Assembly (NCBI RefSeq): GCF_009914755.1
Contig: NC_060926.1
Source: the human T2T-CHM13v2.0 reference genome, Homo sapiens
Strand: one strand, 5' to 3'
Length of the DNA: 64,000 nt
Shown piece after piece: positions 1 through 19,713 of the stretch. The notes under the pieces are model-generated. The model did not search any database and was not told the origin of the DNA. It was given only the letters and a program-made list of their open reading frames with translations. Each line of letters opens with the position of its first letter. Position 1 is the first letter of the stretch. Position numbers and translations under genes: made by a program.

Positions 1-465
1 CATGCAAATAAAAAGCTTCTCCCAAAAAATATGGGACAATAAACTGAAGGAGAGGCAAAACTAAGAAATTCCACAATATATAATGAGTGAGAAATAATGA
101 AGCTTGAAAATACTATATGTGTTATTTTATCTCTGCAAGTGATTCAGCAGGCTCTGATTTCCTCAAGGCTTTTATTTATTTAGGACACGTCAAGTTTTAC
201 ACATATCTCCTCCAAGAGTCAGAAAATGATGAGACTCTATAATAAAAATTACTGGCATGGCTCAATGTGTTAAGAACAAAGAAAAATGATTAGGATCAAT
301 TCAAATATGCAAAAAAAAGTTTTATTTTTTTTCTAACACTGAATGCCTAAATTAATTTCCATAGTGGGAACCAATCATGAAAGGAAATAGATCAGTTGAC
401 GCAAGAAAAATACATAAGCAAATGAACAAGCCAAAAAAAAGTTCCTTTGTGTTCAGCTTCAGTCT

Positions 466-468
<3 letters not shown>

Positions 469-498
<30 letters not shown>
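469..498. repeat. (AG)n microsatellite
   Basis: About 15 uninterrupted AG units. Confidence 0.95.
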
Positions 499-502
<4 letters not shown>

Positions 503-3109
503 TTAATTCATAATTCAGTCTTTTAACTTGAGTTTGGCATGCTTTTTATATCTTTACACTAAAGTATATCAACTTTCCTATTGAACTCCATTTAATTAAA
601 TAATATTTCTTCCTCTTTTCTGGCTTACAGCCTTAATTACGTAAAAACAGAGGAAACCCCAACTGAACTATGTAGAAAACTAAATGACAATGTTGCTATA
701 TTTCCCCCATGTTTATGTATTCAACTGTATTTTTGTGGGACTATGCCTTTGCAAATAACAGTGATGTTAAGAACCTAAAATAGCAAAGATTCATAAAACC
801 AATATATAATCTTGGCCTTAACTATCATTTTTAACACAGAGAGAAAGAAGGAAAAAAATCGCTTTTTTGAGTGACATTTTAATAAAAAGGAGGTTTTTTC
901 TCTTTTAAAAATTCTTAATTTATATCATTTTATTTCTTTGCTTTTTAAATTTTGTTTTCACATCAGAAGTTAATATTTGTTATATTAATGCATATTGGAT
1001 GGCACTACAAATGATTTCCATGACATATACACTAGTATTCCATTTAAACTCAAAAGGCATAACTACACAAACATAAGGCTTCTCCCATTATCCTTGGCCT
1101 TGACAGTAAGTGACAGAATTCCTAGCTCATCTTCCTGGGACGTTGGGAGGATATAAGAAAATATCACACTTTACATGCCATTGCAAGGATGGTTAGACAG
1201 TGGAAATAAGGAAAATGCAGAAGTTGGTGAGCCAAGGAAATGTTTCCACTATGGGCTAATGTAGACAGCGTAAGAAGCTAAGGATCAGTAATGTGTGTTT
1301 GTGAGTGAAGTAGTGATCTACTCATTTTTCTAGTCATAGCCTTGGGGATGTCTAACTTCAAGGAAAATAAAGCCATAGAGATTAGAAAAGGAAAAAAATT
1401 TAATCATAGGAGGAATGGACAAGCTCAATTCTGAGTCCTATATCTGGAGCAACTGGGGCAAAAAAACAAAGAGATCCAAAAACATTAGGACGACGATGAA
1501 GAAAGGAGCAAAGAGACTGATAGAATGTGGAAGTGGCCTGGGGCTTATACAGAGCAACAAGAACAGGAACCAAGTTAAATACACACAGGACAATGTCAAA
1601 ACAGAATCAAAATGACATGACTTTCTCTAGGCTGTGACACTGAAGACACAGACAAAGCGGTATTTTAGCCCCCCTCCCGCCAAATTCAAGACAAAATTGG
1701 TTGTAAATTTTGGCACAGAGCAGCACGAGTTCAGAAGTTTTAAAGAAAACTTACTGTCAATGAGCCAATTTTTGTGCTAAATGAAAGTTTTCAACAAGGT
1801 AAGGTGGATGTCTCTTGGTATCAAAGTCACATCATCACACCAGATGATTCATGCTACTTCTGTAACTTCTTGTCAACCTTTGATTAAATTGGCAATATTG
1901 GAGTCATTCTCAATATTTCCAGTCCTTGAAGGGAATAATAATATTTTTGATTCAGTTTTGTATTCCTCTAGCCATCAGCATGATGTGCGTCGCGTGTTTT
2001 CCAGACAATGGAGCATGGCAGCAAGATATTCTGTGGAATATGGTGTTTGGGGCTGTGATGTAGTCCATGATATCCATCTTCTTCAGGTCAATACTTAACA
2101 TTGTGCTGACTTTTCAAAACCGTGTCTGTGGTCCCACGTGCACTGCAGATATGTCTTCAGGAAACAGGAATAAGCATACAGAGATGTGTAGCTTTCACAG
2201 CATTCTGAGCCTAGTTAAGCAGGACATGTTTTGAAAAAGCATCAAGTGTGTCAGTTGCTTCTTTCTCTATTTTTGAATCATAGTTCCATAAAAGTCATAA
2301 AAATAAATTACTATTTTTAATTGAGATGGAAAACTGATTGAAAAAGATCCAAAATGATTTCCAGTGCCAACATGGATAGACTGTAGTAGAATTTTCTTCT
2401 AAAATTTTTGGCCACACACATCTGCTGGAGTTCTAGCTGTCTTAGTGGATCACAAGCTTCTGTCTTCACAAAAGAAATCCATATTTAGGACGTCATCTGT
2501 GAAATAATTGTCCTTCGTTCTTAGATGATGTTTAAAGATTTTGTAAACACTCTTTCTATAATTGTATATGACATCTGATGAAAAAGATATTCTAGAAAGG
2601 TTTCCATCACAGATAGAGGTGCACATGAGTACAGTCCTTACTAGGGCCAACTTTCTCACTTTTGTCATTGGAGTGTGTGAAGACTGGCATGCATTTGATA
2701 GACCACGCATTGTTGTTAGTCTCCTACCTTTTTCCATCCTAAACGCTCAAGTCAAACCTCCTTTGTCATTAGGATAATTACACTAAGGCAATAAAAGTAA
2801 ACGAGGACCATCTTGTTCTGTGCTAATAAGTTTACCATTTTTAAGATGCTTCTTAGCATGGTCGTTGTTATCTAATTGTGCTTTTTGTCTCCACAATTAA
2901 AACCAAAGTGCATGCATTCTCTTATGTCCTTAGTGTGTGCATGTGATTTGAGAAATATATCAAAATATAAACAAATTTAACCTCACCACTAGAAAATTTA
3001 GATACCATTCCTAATTTATTGAATTTGAAAAACAGTTGTGCATCATAAAAATTTCATTTGAAGTTAGTAACAGAGCCCTAAATTTAGTAATAAGTAAGGG
3101 ATTGCATAT

Positions 3110-3297
3110 TACACACACACATAAATGTGTGTGCACATATGTGTAAATATATATGCGTTGAATATATATATATATATATACTATGTATGTGTATATATAT
3201 ATATGCAGTATGTGTGTATATATAGACATATACTAGACTGACCATACATATATATATAAGTTCTGGGTCATGTACATATGTGCACTTTATATATATA
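3110..3297. repeat. (CA)/(TA)/(TG) compound low-complexity tract
   Basis: Alternating acacac, tatata and tgtgtg runs. These generate the spurious Y/I/H-rich ORFs at 3011-3329. Confidence 0.9.
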
Positions 3298-4672
3298 GGG
3301 TAGAAGTGAAATAAATGCATTTTCTGCAATAAGATATTAAAATAACTGTTACAGTCTCAAGAAAATTAATTTATGAAATTCTTATTTGTTTACCCCCACT
3401 CAATTATTTTTTTCAAAGCACACTGTACCTTTATGTTGTAAAACTAACTTGCCTTGATTATTGTTTATTTAAAACTTGATGACATAGTCCAATAAAGGAA
3501 TACATTATAAATAATATTCTAAGAGACAGACCAAAAATTGGAGAAAGTTATACATTTATATTTAAGCATCACTAAATATGACAAATTAATAAAGAAATAT
3601 ATACAGGAATTTCATGTTGAGGTTATGGGGTATAAAGCAAGGAGAAGTAGAGAAAAGCTTTGGAAGGTGTTCTAGGTTTCTGTATCATTTATTGTATCTT
3701 CTCTTTGCCTCTAGTGTGATATATTTCACCCTGTGCAATGAGAGGAAAAAAGTTCTGCATCCAGCATCCCAAAGCTACGTATAATGGTGATTCCATTACA
3801 ACAGAGACTATTTAAGAAAGACAGGTTCCCTTCATGGGAAATCAATTCTTTAAACTCACTTTATATGGATTTCTCTCATCCTACAAGTGAAATATGCGTT
3901 GTAAAGAGAAATGGGAAGTGACATAGGGGTCTTGTCAGGTCATTCCTGGAAAGGTTTGATGGTATTAATGGAGTCCTAGGGGGTTGATTTAGAAACACCT
4001 GGAAGTGGAAGAACAAAGTATACGAAAGTTTTCAGCAAGATCAAAGGAAAATCAAGCATTCAATCCCTGCAAGATGTGCACATCACTGGCTTTTTTCAGG
4101 AGAGGGTTGCATTCCTTTGGGTTCAAAGATATTTACCCACCATTATTTTTTTCTACTTTTCAGAGAGCAGCTGAGAATTACATTATGCAAAGCCAAGGAT
4201 TTGTGAAAGGTCCTGGAATTTATTTTTAATTCTTCCTCTGGCTTTGGGAAGGTTGCTATACTGTCTTCATGTACAAATACTTCTCCCTCCCATTCCCATG
4301 CTTAATATTTTTTTATCCTCTAAATATACTGAAAACACTTATGTGATATGTCATAGTTTCTTGTTTTCATTTCTAAAATTTTTATTTTATTTATTCTTCC
4401 TCAGTTTAGATGTCACTTACTCAAATGTCTGTTTTTCTCAGATGTTTGTCTTTTCTGGTCACCCAAGCGTTAGTGCTTTCATAGGATTTTGAGCCCAAAA
4501 CAGCTGTAGCTTTTCTCACATACTTTTAAATACTCTGTTACATGGCTGTCTTGTAATTTTCATATGGCTCCTGGTATGCACTTAACAGACATTCAGGGAA
4601 TAAATTAATTTAAAATACTCATTTAAATTTAATTGCATAAATCACATGAATCAATAAACTAGTAAATGATCT

Positions 4673-5488
<816 letters not shown>

Positions 5489-5650
5489 GATGACGTAAGG
5501 GAAAAAAATGGAAATTAGAAAGTTCATGACATAAAATGTCATTTTAAAGCAGTTGGTATGATTTGACTGTTTTCTTTACTTGGAATTTGATATCTGGATT
5601 TAGAAGCATAAGATAACAATGATAGGGCCAAAATTTTGAAATTCTGTAAC

Positions 5651-5677
5651 AGATAGATAGATAGATAGATAGATAGA
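5651..5677. repeat. (GATA)n tetranucleotide repeat
   Basis: About 6 AGAT units. Confidence 0.9.
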
Positions 5678-5796
5678 GAAATGTCCCATCAAATTTAAAA
5701 CTAAAACTTTTTCCATTGATGTACCTGGGCCTATGTATTTGTGACAGTCAGACTCTGACACAATAAGCAATGCTACCTCAGTATTCACAACGGTAA

Positions 5797-6327
<531 letters not shown>

Positions 6328-7697
6328 TGAATCTCCTTTGTCTTTTGGAGTCTCTTACACAAAGCTTCCAGGCAAATCTTTATATGAACATGGTAGCACC
6401 ATGAACTCATGTATATGTCAAGTAAGTGACTGACTACATCAGTATTGTTACTGTCTGCTATGAAGCGAGACCCATTAGTTTTTTTCTTTGGTGTAAGGCA
6501 TTGCCTAATGAAAGTGACTATTAGCAACCCAGAGTGGTAATCAATGATTTCAAGCTTTTTGAAATGTTAAATATTACAATTCAAACTGCCACAGCCTAAG
6601 CAGTTACAGTTATGATACCATCTGTCACAGAGTCTTCCTCCAAAAAGTTCTACTAATATTACACTTTGGAGGTTCATATTCATTAGAGTATGTCTTGCTG
6701 TATGATCTTTACACAAATTATTTGAATCTACTAATCACTTTGTCTTCAGAAAAGGGAGTTATCAGAAACTCTAAAAATATGCTTCATTTCATCCTCATCA
6801 GTGGCTTTAAGCATCACATATTGTTTATATCAGTAAATGCATCCCATTTTCTAGTTTCATTAAGATATTTGCCTCTACTTTACAAATGAGAATGATGTAA
6901 ATGAGAAACAGGTCTCAGATGCTTTATCTATAAGTCTTCAATCATGAGTGTTCTAGAACAAACATTCAGAAGCCTTTTCATTCATCCTGTTTCAGACCCA
7001 GATGGTGTGTTCACTATTAAATTCTCCTTAAGACAATCTGTTTCCCTAAATTTGTCTACCTCATTATTACTTAATCTGACTCTCTATCACATAAGGTATA
7101 ACTTTGGGAGTATAGCACATAACTGTAATGTTAGGAAAAACATAATAGAGGGCTCATTAGTTCTTCATATTCAAGAGTGTGTGAGAGAGTGACGTGCCTA
7201 AAAATACGAATAAAAACAAGCATTTTTTTCTTGAGTAACTTTTAATCTGTTTCTGAAAATAATTATTAATGCAGCTTTTAGTCTTGTGACATACTAGGCT
7301 TAATCTATGTTTAGTATCCAAAGACTAAGGAAAAGAACAAAGATGTTTGAAGTGTGGCTCAGGGCAAAGAATATGAGTTATTTGCCATAACATTTTTAAT
7401 GCATCCCAGTGCTTTGTAATAAATCTATTACTAGGGAAGTTAGTTAGAGAAAAACATTGAACTTCACACAAAAAGTATAAGTATAATTGCATGTATTATT
7501 CACTCCATGAAAACGCAACTTTATTAACAAGTAGGCATTACTCAATTGTTCAGGTTATCCAGAAGGCAATATTCTTTCCTCCAGAATGGTGGAACATTAT
7601 TAGTTTTCCATGTCATTATTTGGATTGTTTAAGGGTGTGGCAGACAGCTTTATTTTCTTTACTTAATTATTATTTGTACACTATGGAGTATTTTTGA

Positions 7698-8388
<691 letters not shown>

Positions 8389-9060
8389 TGGTTCTATTTT
8401 TATTATTATTTTATTTTCGTACGTATAACACAATAGAGGAAGACTGATATCTGAATGTGTGCTAAACAAAGCCGCAAGTAAATGATTTATAGGCATTTAA
8501 TCATAACAGAAACTTATGGGGTAGGTATTAGTGTTATTCCCATTTGAGACGAGAGACTAAACAAAGGCCCTTCCCTTCTAAATGTGAAAGCTAGAAAGAA
8601 ATATCAGCTCTCCTGAAATTCCAAGTCTTTTAAGCACGAGTGTTTCCATCACTGACTAATTGGCTCTGATAATCTGTTGTGTTAAATTCATAAAACAGAA
8701 TTGATGGAGTTAGCCTGTCTTTTGCTCAGTAATATAAACACATGTGTTTGGGATCTTACCTGAACCAAAACTGTGGTTCTAATGTTCGTATGGTGTGTGT
8801 TATCAGAACACAATTACAAGAGTAATATATTGCATAGGAAGGTGGGAAAGAGCCAAACCCAAATTTCTCTATTATTTCATTTTGTCAAAGATAAGGCTAC
8901 TCTGGGGCTTTACACTATGGGGGAAATTATGGCTCAGGACAATGGGGAAGAATTTAGAATGCTATTTGTAAAGGTAAGATCTAAAGCCTCCCCTTTTCAA
9001 TAAACTTCCTGTGAATATACCTGACTAGTAAATACTTAGGAGGAAGCATTCCTGAAGGAC

Positions 9061-10080
9061 TGTGTCTTACTCTGTTTGAGCTGCTGTAACAAAATAACAC
9101 AATTTGGGAATTTTTTAAATTTATTTTTAATGACACATAATACTTGTACATATTTATGGGGTACATGTGATATTTTGTTACATGATTAGAATGTATAATG
9201 ATAAAGTCAGAGTATTTAGGGTATCCATAACCTCAAGTATTTATCATTTCTGTGTGTTGGGAATATTTAGTCTTCCAGCTATTTTGAAATACGTGTTACA
9301 TTATTGTTAATTATAGTCATCTTGCTCTGCTATCAAAAATTAGAAATTATTCTATCTAACTGTACATTTGTACCCATGAACTCTTTATTCCTTCCTCAAC
9401 CCATACAGTCTTTCCAGCCTCTGGTAACTATCATTCTACTCCCTACCTTCATAAAATCAACTTTTTTAGCTGCCACTTACGAGTTAGAACATGTGATATC
9501 TGTCTTTCTGTGTCTGGCTTATTTCACTTAGCATACTGACTTTCATTTCCATTCATGTTGCTGCAAATGACTTAATTTTATTCTTTTTTATGATTAAATA
9601 GTACTTCATTGTGTGTATATATACCACATATTTTTATCCATTCATCTATTGATGGACACTTAGGTTGGTTCCATATTTTTGCCATTGTGTCAAGTGCTAC
9701 AGTTAGCATGGTAGTGCAGGTATCAAAATTTGTAATTTATAGAGAATAAAATTTTATTTCTCAGAGATCTAGAGGCTGGGAAAGCCAAGATCAAAAAGCT
9801 AGCAGGTTCAGTGTTTGGTGAGGACCCAGTCTCTGCTCCTGGAATGGCACCTTGAATGTTGCATCCTCCAGAGGGGACACGTGCTGTGTCCTCACATGGT
9901 GAAAGAGCAGAAGAGCAAAAAGGGCAGAATGCTATGTGAAGTGTGTTTTACAAAGAGCTTAAAACCCATTCACGAGGGCAAAGCCTTCATCAATGAATCA
10001 GCTCCTAAAGTCCCCTCCTCTTAGTAATTTGGCTCTTAAGTTTTAACACATGAATTATGGGAGACATTCAGATCAACACA
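9061..10080 (-). mobile_element. MaLR LTR (MST/MLT1A-like), split by an L1MA
   Basis: tgtcttactctgtttgagctgctgtaacaaaata at one end. Resumes near 9725 with tttatttctcagagatctagaggctgggaaagccaagatc and ends gggagacattcagatcaacaca. Confidence 0.7.
9110..9724 (-). mobile_element. L1MA-type 3' fragment
   Basis: Antisense old-L1 3'UTR motifs tacatatttatggggtacatgtgatattttg and ggcttatttcacttagcat. Confidence 0.85.
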
Positions 10081-13000
10081 GACTCAGAAGCATAGTTTTA
10101 AGGAAAATAAGAGACAGAAAGGGAAAGGGAAGAAGAAGGAGTAGGTGTAGAACATTGGGAGGGAAGTGGAGGAGGAAGAAGATAGATAAAATGCAGGTTG
10201 GTATAGACATTACACTGCTACTACGTGACATTTCTATTATAGATATATATTATAGATATTAATATCTGCCCAGGTAAATCTATTTCCCAGTAAATATCTA
10301 TCAGAACTGAACCAGTCCTGGAGTGAATGTGGCAGCTGCCCAGAAAATTTACTTCAAGTTTTTGAGCATAGCCAATGGTCATAAGAAGCATTGTGAGCTT
10401 AAATTATGCCTTTGTTGAGTTTTATTTGTTTAGAAATAAAGCTATGCTAGTGTTGTCAACTTTTCAATTATCTACAACAGAGACATGCTAGCTCAGCAGT
10501 AACTGAGGTAAATATTGAGAACACTTAGTCTGACATGACACAACTGATGCACCTCTTCATTATTTTTCTCAATTTACTGTATTTTTATTCACTCTTTTTT
10601 TTCCTGGAAAATTATTTAAGTTTTGCTGTCTATGCCTAAATCTGCTAGTCATATCTGCAGATAATGGATTATACTTGCCAAAGAAATATAAGACAAAAAT
10701 TTGTCCAATTAACTTTTTTAAAAAATAAGAATGAGTTACTTCAAGGGTCAGTTTCATGTTAAGGTGGATTAATTTTTAATAAGTGATAATTGAATAAGAT
10801 ACCATTTGGACTTCATCCACTACTAGGTTAATGATTGAAGGTGTTTTTGTTTTCAATATCACAGGCTTAAAAAAATCAGCTGTGTAGTTGTGTCATACTA
10901 AATTATATTTCGATGTTGGATGAAATAAATAACTTATCTGCATGGATATACATACAACCTGGTTCTGAGAGTTTCATGAAAAAAGTAGCACAAAAATAGC
11001 TGCCTCCTCACTGTATGTGTTGCTATGACGCCATTGAATGTCACCTTGACTCTTCAGGCATGAGTTTCCGCAGTCAGTTGGAATAAATGTATGTGACTAA
11101 ACAAAATTTGTGATTGAACAAAAGTTTGTTCTATTGTGTTTTCCATATGCATACTGGAGAAATTATAAACCATTCATTATTCGAAAAAATAATAAGAAAT
11201 TTTAAAAGTTAGTTCTGTCAAATCCAAAAATTAATGTAGGTACACTCTTCCTTGGTAACTAACATTGAAAATTAGCAAGGATTAAAAAGCACTTGAAAAG
11301 ATTCTATTACATATAAATAACACAAAACACATCCATATCTACTTATCTGTATTTTATCAATACATATATGATATATATGTATATATTTCATACTGCAAAT
11401 CCAAAAATTTCTATAATCAAGAGCTGACTTTAATAAAGATGGAAACTAACACATTTTTGTTCTAAAGAAAGGTGCTAGGTCTTTCAAATTGGCCAGATTA
11501 AATTTACATAAAACTTAGGTCTTCTAGTGCCGTGACTTGTTAATAACAAGGATATTCTAAAAGTAGCCTAGAAGGTTGCTTTTAGACTAAGACACATTGC
11601 CTAGCCTGGGATGATTGTTTTGAGGTTGATGACTCTGTCCAACATATTTATACACTTTTTTCCATTATGAAAATTGTTTTTATTAACTTTATATTAGCAA
11701 CAAGAAGTTCAGGATTCTGGAGATAATTATTTTAAAAATATGTTAAATGCATTTTCTCTATTTATGGATTTAGTTTTTCTATTAAGAAACACCAAAGAAC
11801 TGGACTTAATGCTTCAGTTTTCACATGACTATGTCTGATTTCTTATAACTAAAAAACACAGTGAGCTTTCCTTTTATTTTCAAACTTTAATATTTTTTAC
11901 TATTTTAGTTCTTACTTTCCTGTCTATTGTTTCTGTAGACTTGAAAATATCATGACTAAAAATACCATATCCTGAAATCTTACTGGAACAGAACCTGGAT
12001 AATATTCCAAATGCTATAGGTCTTTCATGTGCAAAAAAAGGGGGGATATCTTTTTTCATCATTTAAGTAGCCAATCACAAAGTAAATTAAAAAGACATAA
12101 ATAAATCTTTTATTTGCCACATCTATGCTCAGCTTCCAATGAAAAGATTCAATGTGCTCATCTGCAGACAAAATCAGCTAATAGTAAATGGTAATTTTAG
12201 TTATTTAGAAAGAGGATAAAATCCTTAAGAACACCCAATACCTTCTGAGGCATCAGTAAAATTTATCAGATAGGAACTACAAATAGAAATCATGAATTGA
12301 CTCTGAATAAAATTATAGGTAAAACAACAACAGCAGCAACTACATATGGACGGATGAAAACATTCAGTCCAAAATTCTGAAAACCTGGGATCAGATCAGC
12401 ATCCTTCCAACTCCACAGAATCAGTTCCTTCGCAGGAAATGGCCAAGATGTGAGGCTTACATCACTACTCATAGGTTGAATAGCATTAAATGACTCCAGA
12501 GGGTTCTCTGCATGCGGCAGACTCACGTGTTCCTTCTCAGAGAGCTGAGGAACTCCTCCACTGAGGGACATTCATTATGTTAAATGGCACATTGGCACAT
12601 GCCCATGCCCCCTTCTGTTTTCATCATAACCAGGGTACAGGTACAGAGTTATCAGTGAGGAGTTCTCCACCCTAATGAGAACAAACTCTTCACAGAATTA
12701 CTTAGGGTCTTCTTGGATCCTAAACTTCCCAGCAATGTTTGGATTAAATATCAATGTTATCAGTGACAGTGCTATGTATACAATAAAATATAGGAGGATT
12801 TGATCGAGAAAGTAAATGCAATATTTACTTATTACAATGACTCATTCTAATTTCTTTACTTCATTTCATTTTACAAACTTCTCATGAATGTGCCATGAAC
12901 CAGAAAGCTATGGAGAACTTCTGAAAGTTCTCAATGAAAAATTGAGTATAAGGAAGTCTACTGTTGTGAATGTTCTTGAATTTATTTTGAAACATTGACT

Positions 13001-13773
13001 TTGAAGGCTTAAAAAATATCTTGAAAGCTAGACCCCTGAAACTAACTACTACAAATGTGAAAACCACAAGGAAATATATAGCAATTCAATGTAAGAAGAA
13101 TGTAATAAGTAAAATGAATAAATAAATAAATTTTTACATTTTTTTTACAGTCTCAAATGTAATTAACAGCATTCAAAACATTACTTTATAAATTGTTTTC
13201 ATATTACTATCAAACATTAATACCTAAATACCCAATTTAGGAAAAAAAAAGGGTATTAAAAGGTTTAACATGGCGGCGGTTCCAAGATGGCCGAATAGGA
13301 ACAGCTTCAGTCTACAGCTCCCAGCCTGAGTGACGCAGAAGATGGGTGATTTCTGCATTTCCAACTGAGCTTTGAAGAGAGTAGTGGTTCTCCCAGCATG
13401 GAGTTTGAGATCTGAGAATGGACAGACTGCCTCCTCAAGTGGGTCCCTGACCCCTGAGTAGCCTAACTGGGAGGCACCCTCCAGTAGGGGCAGATTGACA
13501 CCTCACATGGCTGGGTACCCCTCTGAGACAAAGCTTCCAGAAGAACGATCAGGCAACAACTTTTGCTGTTCAACAATATTTGCTGTTCTGCAGCCTCCGC
13601 TGCTGATACCCAGGCAAACAGGGTCTGGAGTGGACCTCCAGCAAACTCCACCAGACCTGCATCTGAGGGTCATGACTGTTAGAAGGAAAACTAACAAACA
13701 GAAAGGACATCCACACCAAAACCCCATCTGTATGTCACCATCATCAAAGACCAAAGGTAGTAAAACCAAAAAG

Positions 13774-14788
13774 ATGGGGAAAAAACAGATCAGAAAAGCT
13801 GAAAATTCTAAAAATCAGAGCGCCTCTCCCCTTCCAAAGGAACGCAGCTCCTCGCTAGGAAAAGAACAAAGCTGGATAGAGAATGACTTTTATGAGTTGA
13901 GAGAAGAAGCCTTCAGAGGATCAAATTTCTCCGAGCTAAAGGAGAAAGTTCGAAACCATGGCAAAGAAGCTAAAAACCTTGAAAAAAGATTAGATGAATG
14001 GCTAACTAGAATAACCAGTGTAGAGAAGTCCTTAAATGACCTGAGGGAGCTGAAAACAATGGCACACGAACTATGTGATGAATGCACAAGCTTCAGTAGC
14101 CGATTCGATCAACTGGAAGAAAGGGTATGAGTGATTGAAGATCAAATGAATGAAATGAAGTGAGAAGAGAAGTTTAGAGAAAAAAGAGTCAAAAGAAATG
14201 AACAAAGCCTCCAAGAAATATGGGACTATGTGAAAAGACCAAATCTACGTCTGATTGGTGTACCTGAAAGTGACAGGGAGAATGGAACCAAGGTGGAAAA
14301 CACTCTGCAAGATATTATCCAGGAGAACTTCCCCAACCTACCAAGGCAGGTCAACATTCAAATTCAGGAAATACATAGAGTACCACAAAGATACTCCTCA
14401 AGAAGAGCAACTCCAAGACACACAATTGTCAATTCACCAAAGATGAAATGAAGGAAAAAATGTTAAGGGCAGCCAGAAAGAAAGCTTGGGTTATCCACAA
14501 ACAGAAGCCCATCAGACTCACAGCAGATCTCTTGGCAGAAACTCTACAAGCCAGAAAGAGTGGGGGCCAATATTCAGCATTCTTAAAGAAAACAATTTTC
14601 AACCCAGAATTTCATATCCAGCCAAACTAAGCTTCGTAAGTGAAGGAGAAATAAAATCCTTTACAGAAGAGCAAATGCTGAGAGATTTTGTCACCACCAG
14701 GCCTGCCCTACAGGAGCACCTGAAGGAAGCGCTAAACATGGAAAGGAACAATCAGTACCAGCCACTGCAAAAACATGCCAAATTGTAA
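13774..14788 (+). pseudogene. L1 ORF1p, disrupted
   Basis: MGKKQIRKAENSKNQ...YQPLQKHAKL*. In-frame stop at 14128-14130 and frameshifts. Confidence 0.95.
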
Positions 14789-14851
14789 AGACCATCAAGG
14801 CTAGGAAGAAACTGCATCAACTAACAAGCAAAATAACCAGCTAACATCATA

Positions 14852-18671
<3,820 letters not shown>

Positions 18672-19675
18672 ACAATGAGAACACTTGGACACAGGAGGGG
18701 GAACATCACACACCGTGGCCTGTCATGGGGTGGGGGGAGGGTGGAGGGATAGCATTAGCAGATATACCTAATGTAAATGATGAGTTAATGGGTGCAGCAC
18801 ACCAACATGGCGCATGTGTACATATGTAACAAACCTGCACGTTGTGCACATGTACCCTAGAAATTAAAGTATTAAAAAAATGGTTTAACTCTATCATTCC
18901 AAACTATGAGCTAGACATTCAATGTAGGTAGAGGACTCCTAAGTTTTTATTTTCTGAAATGAGTTGCTAAAACCATGACATTTGTTACTGGCTCCCAATT
19001 TTGGTATTGTCATTATAAACTTTTATTTTTTGACCACTATATATATCACCCAATGGTTTATATTATGGCATGACAGCTGTAAGGATATAAGTATCACCAA
19101 TCAACAGTTAAGAAAACAGACACTCACAGAAATTACATCATAAGTAGATAATAGAGAGACAATATGAGCCAAGGGCTTCAACACCCAAGTCTTCTTCTTG
19201 ATTCTGTTCTTTCTGGCCTGTTGCATTCATGACTAGAATTCACATTTATGAGCAGTGCTAGACTCAGTGCTGAAATAGACTGAAAAATCTTTAGTTACCA
19301 ACAGATTGCTTGTCAGTATAGACAGAGCACAAGTAATAAGTGTTCTCTTCACTAACAGCTGTAGGTTTTATAGTTTAGCCACAAGCTTGACATTCTGGAA
19401 AATGGTTTCTAAAAGTCTTCCTCGGTGATCAGAAGAACATTTGCAATTAACTCCCTTGAATGTATTAGAACATTTACAACATCAAATTGTTTTTCACCTT
19501 GTTCACCACAAAGATTTTGGAAGATTTTTTAGAAGGCTGAAAAACCTCTGTGTTGTTGTAGCATGTGACTGAATTCTTGTTCTTGTTTCCATGGTTTCCT
19601 GGGATGTTTAGTCCAAGGACTAGACTAGATCGAAAACCTAATGAGCCATTCACCTTTTTGCTGCTGCTTGTTACC

Positions 19676-19678
19676 ACA

Positions 19679-19713
<35 letters not shown>
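19676..19713. repeat. (CA)n microsatellite
   Basis: About 18 CA units with one interruption. Confidence 0.95.

Noticed and set aside
1923-2063. Plus-strand peptide IIIFLIQFCIPLAISMMC resembling a GPCR TM5
   Set aside because: No other GPCR motifs (DRY, CWxP, NPxxY) nearby, and the frame is closed by stops on both sides.
3011-3329. Y/I/H-rich ORFs (also at 22462, 28368 and 48055)
   Set aside because: Artefacts of TA/CA/TG microsatellites that lack stop codons.
6351-6421. Possible plus-strand exon (pyrimidine tract, GAG acceptor, gtaagt donor)
   Set aside because: Weak acceptor, no recognisable product and no partner exons.
13495-14130. 211-aa ORF as an N-terminally extended ORF1
   Set aside because: It relies on a non-ATG start in the 5'UTR and ends at a premature stop, so it is chance read-through.
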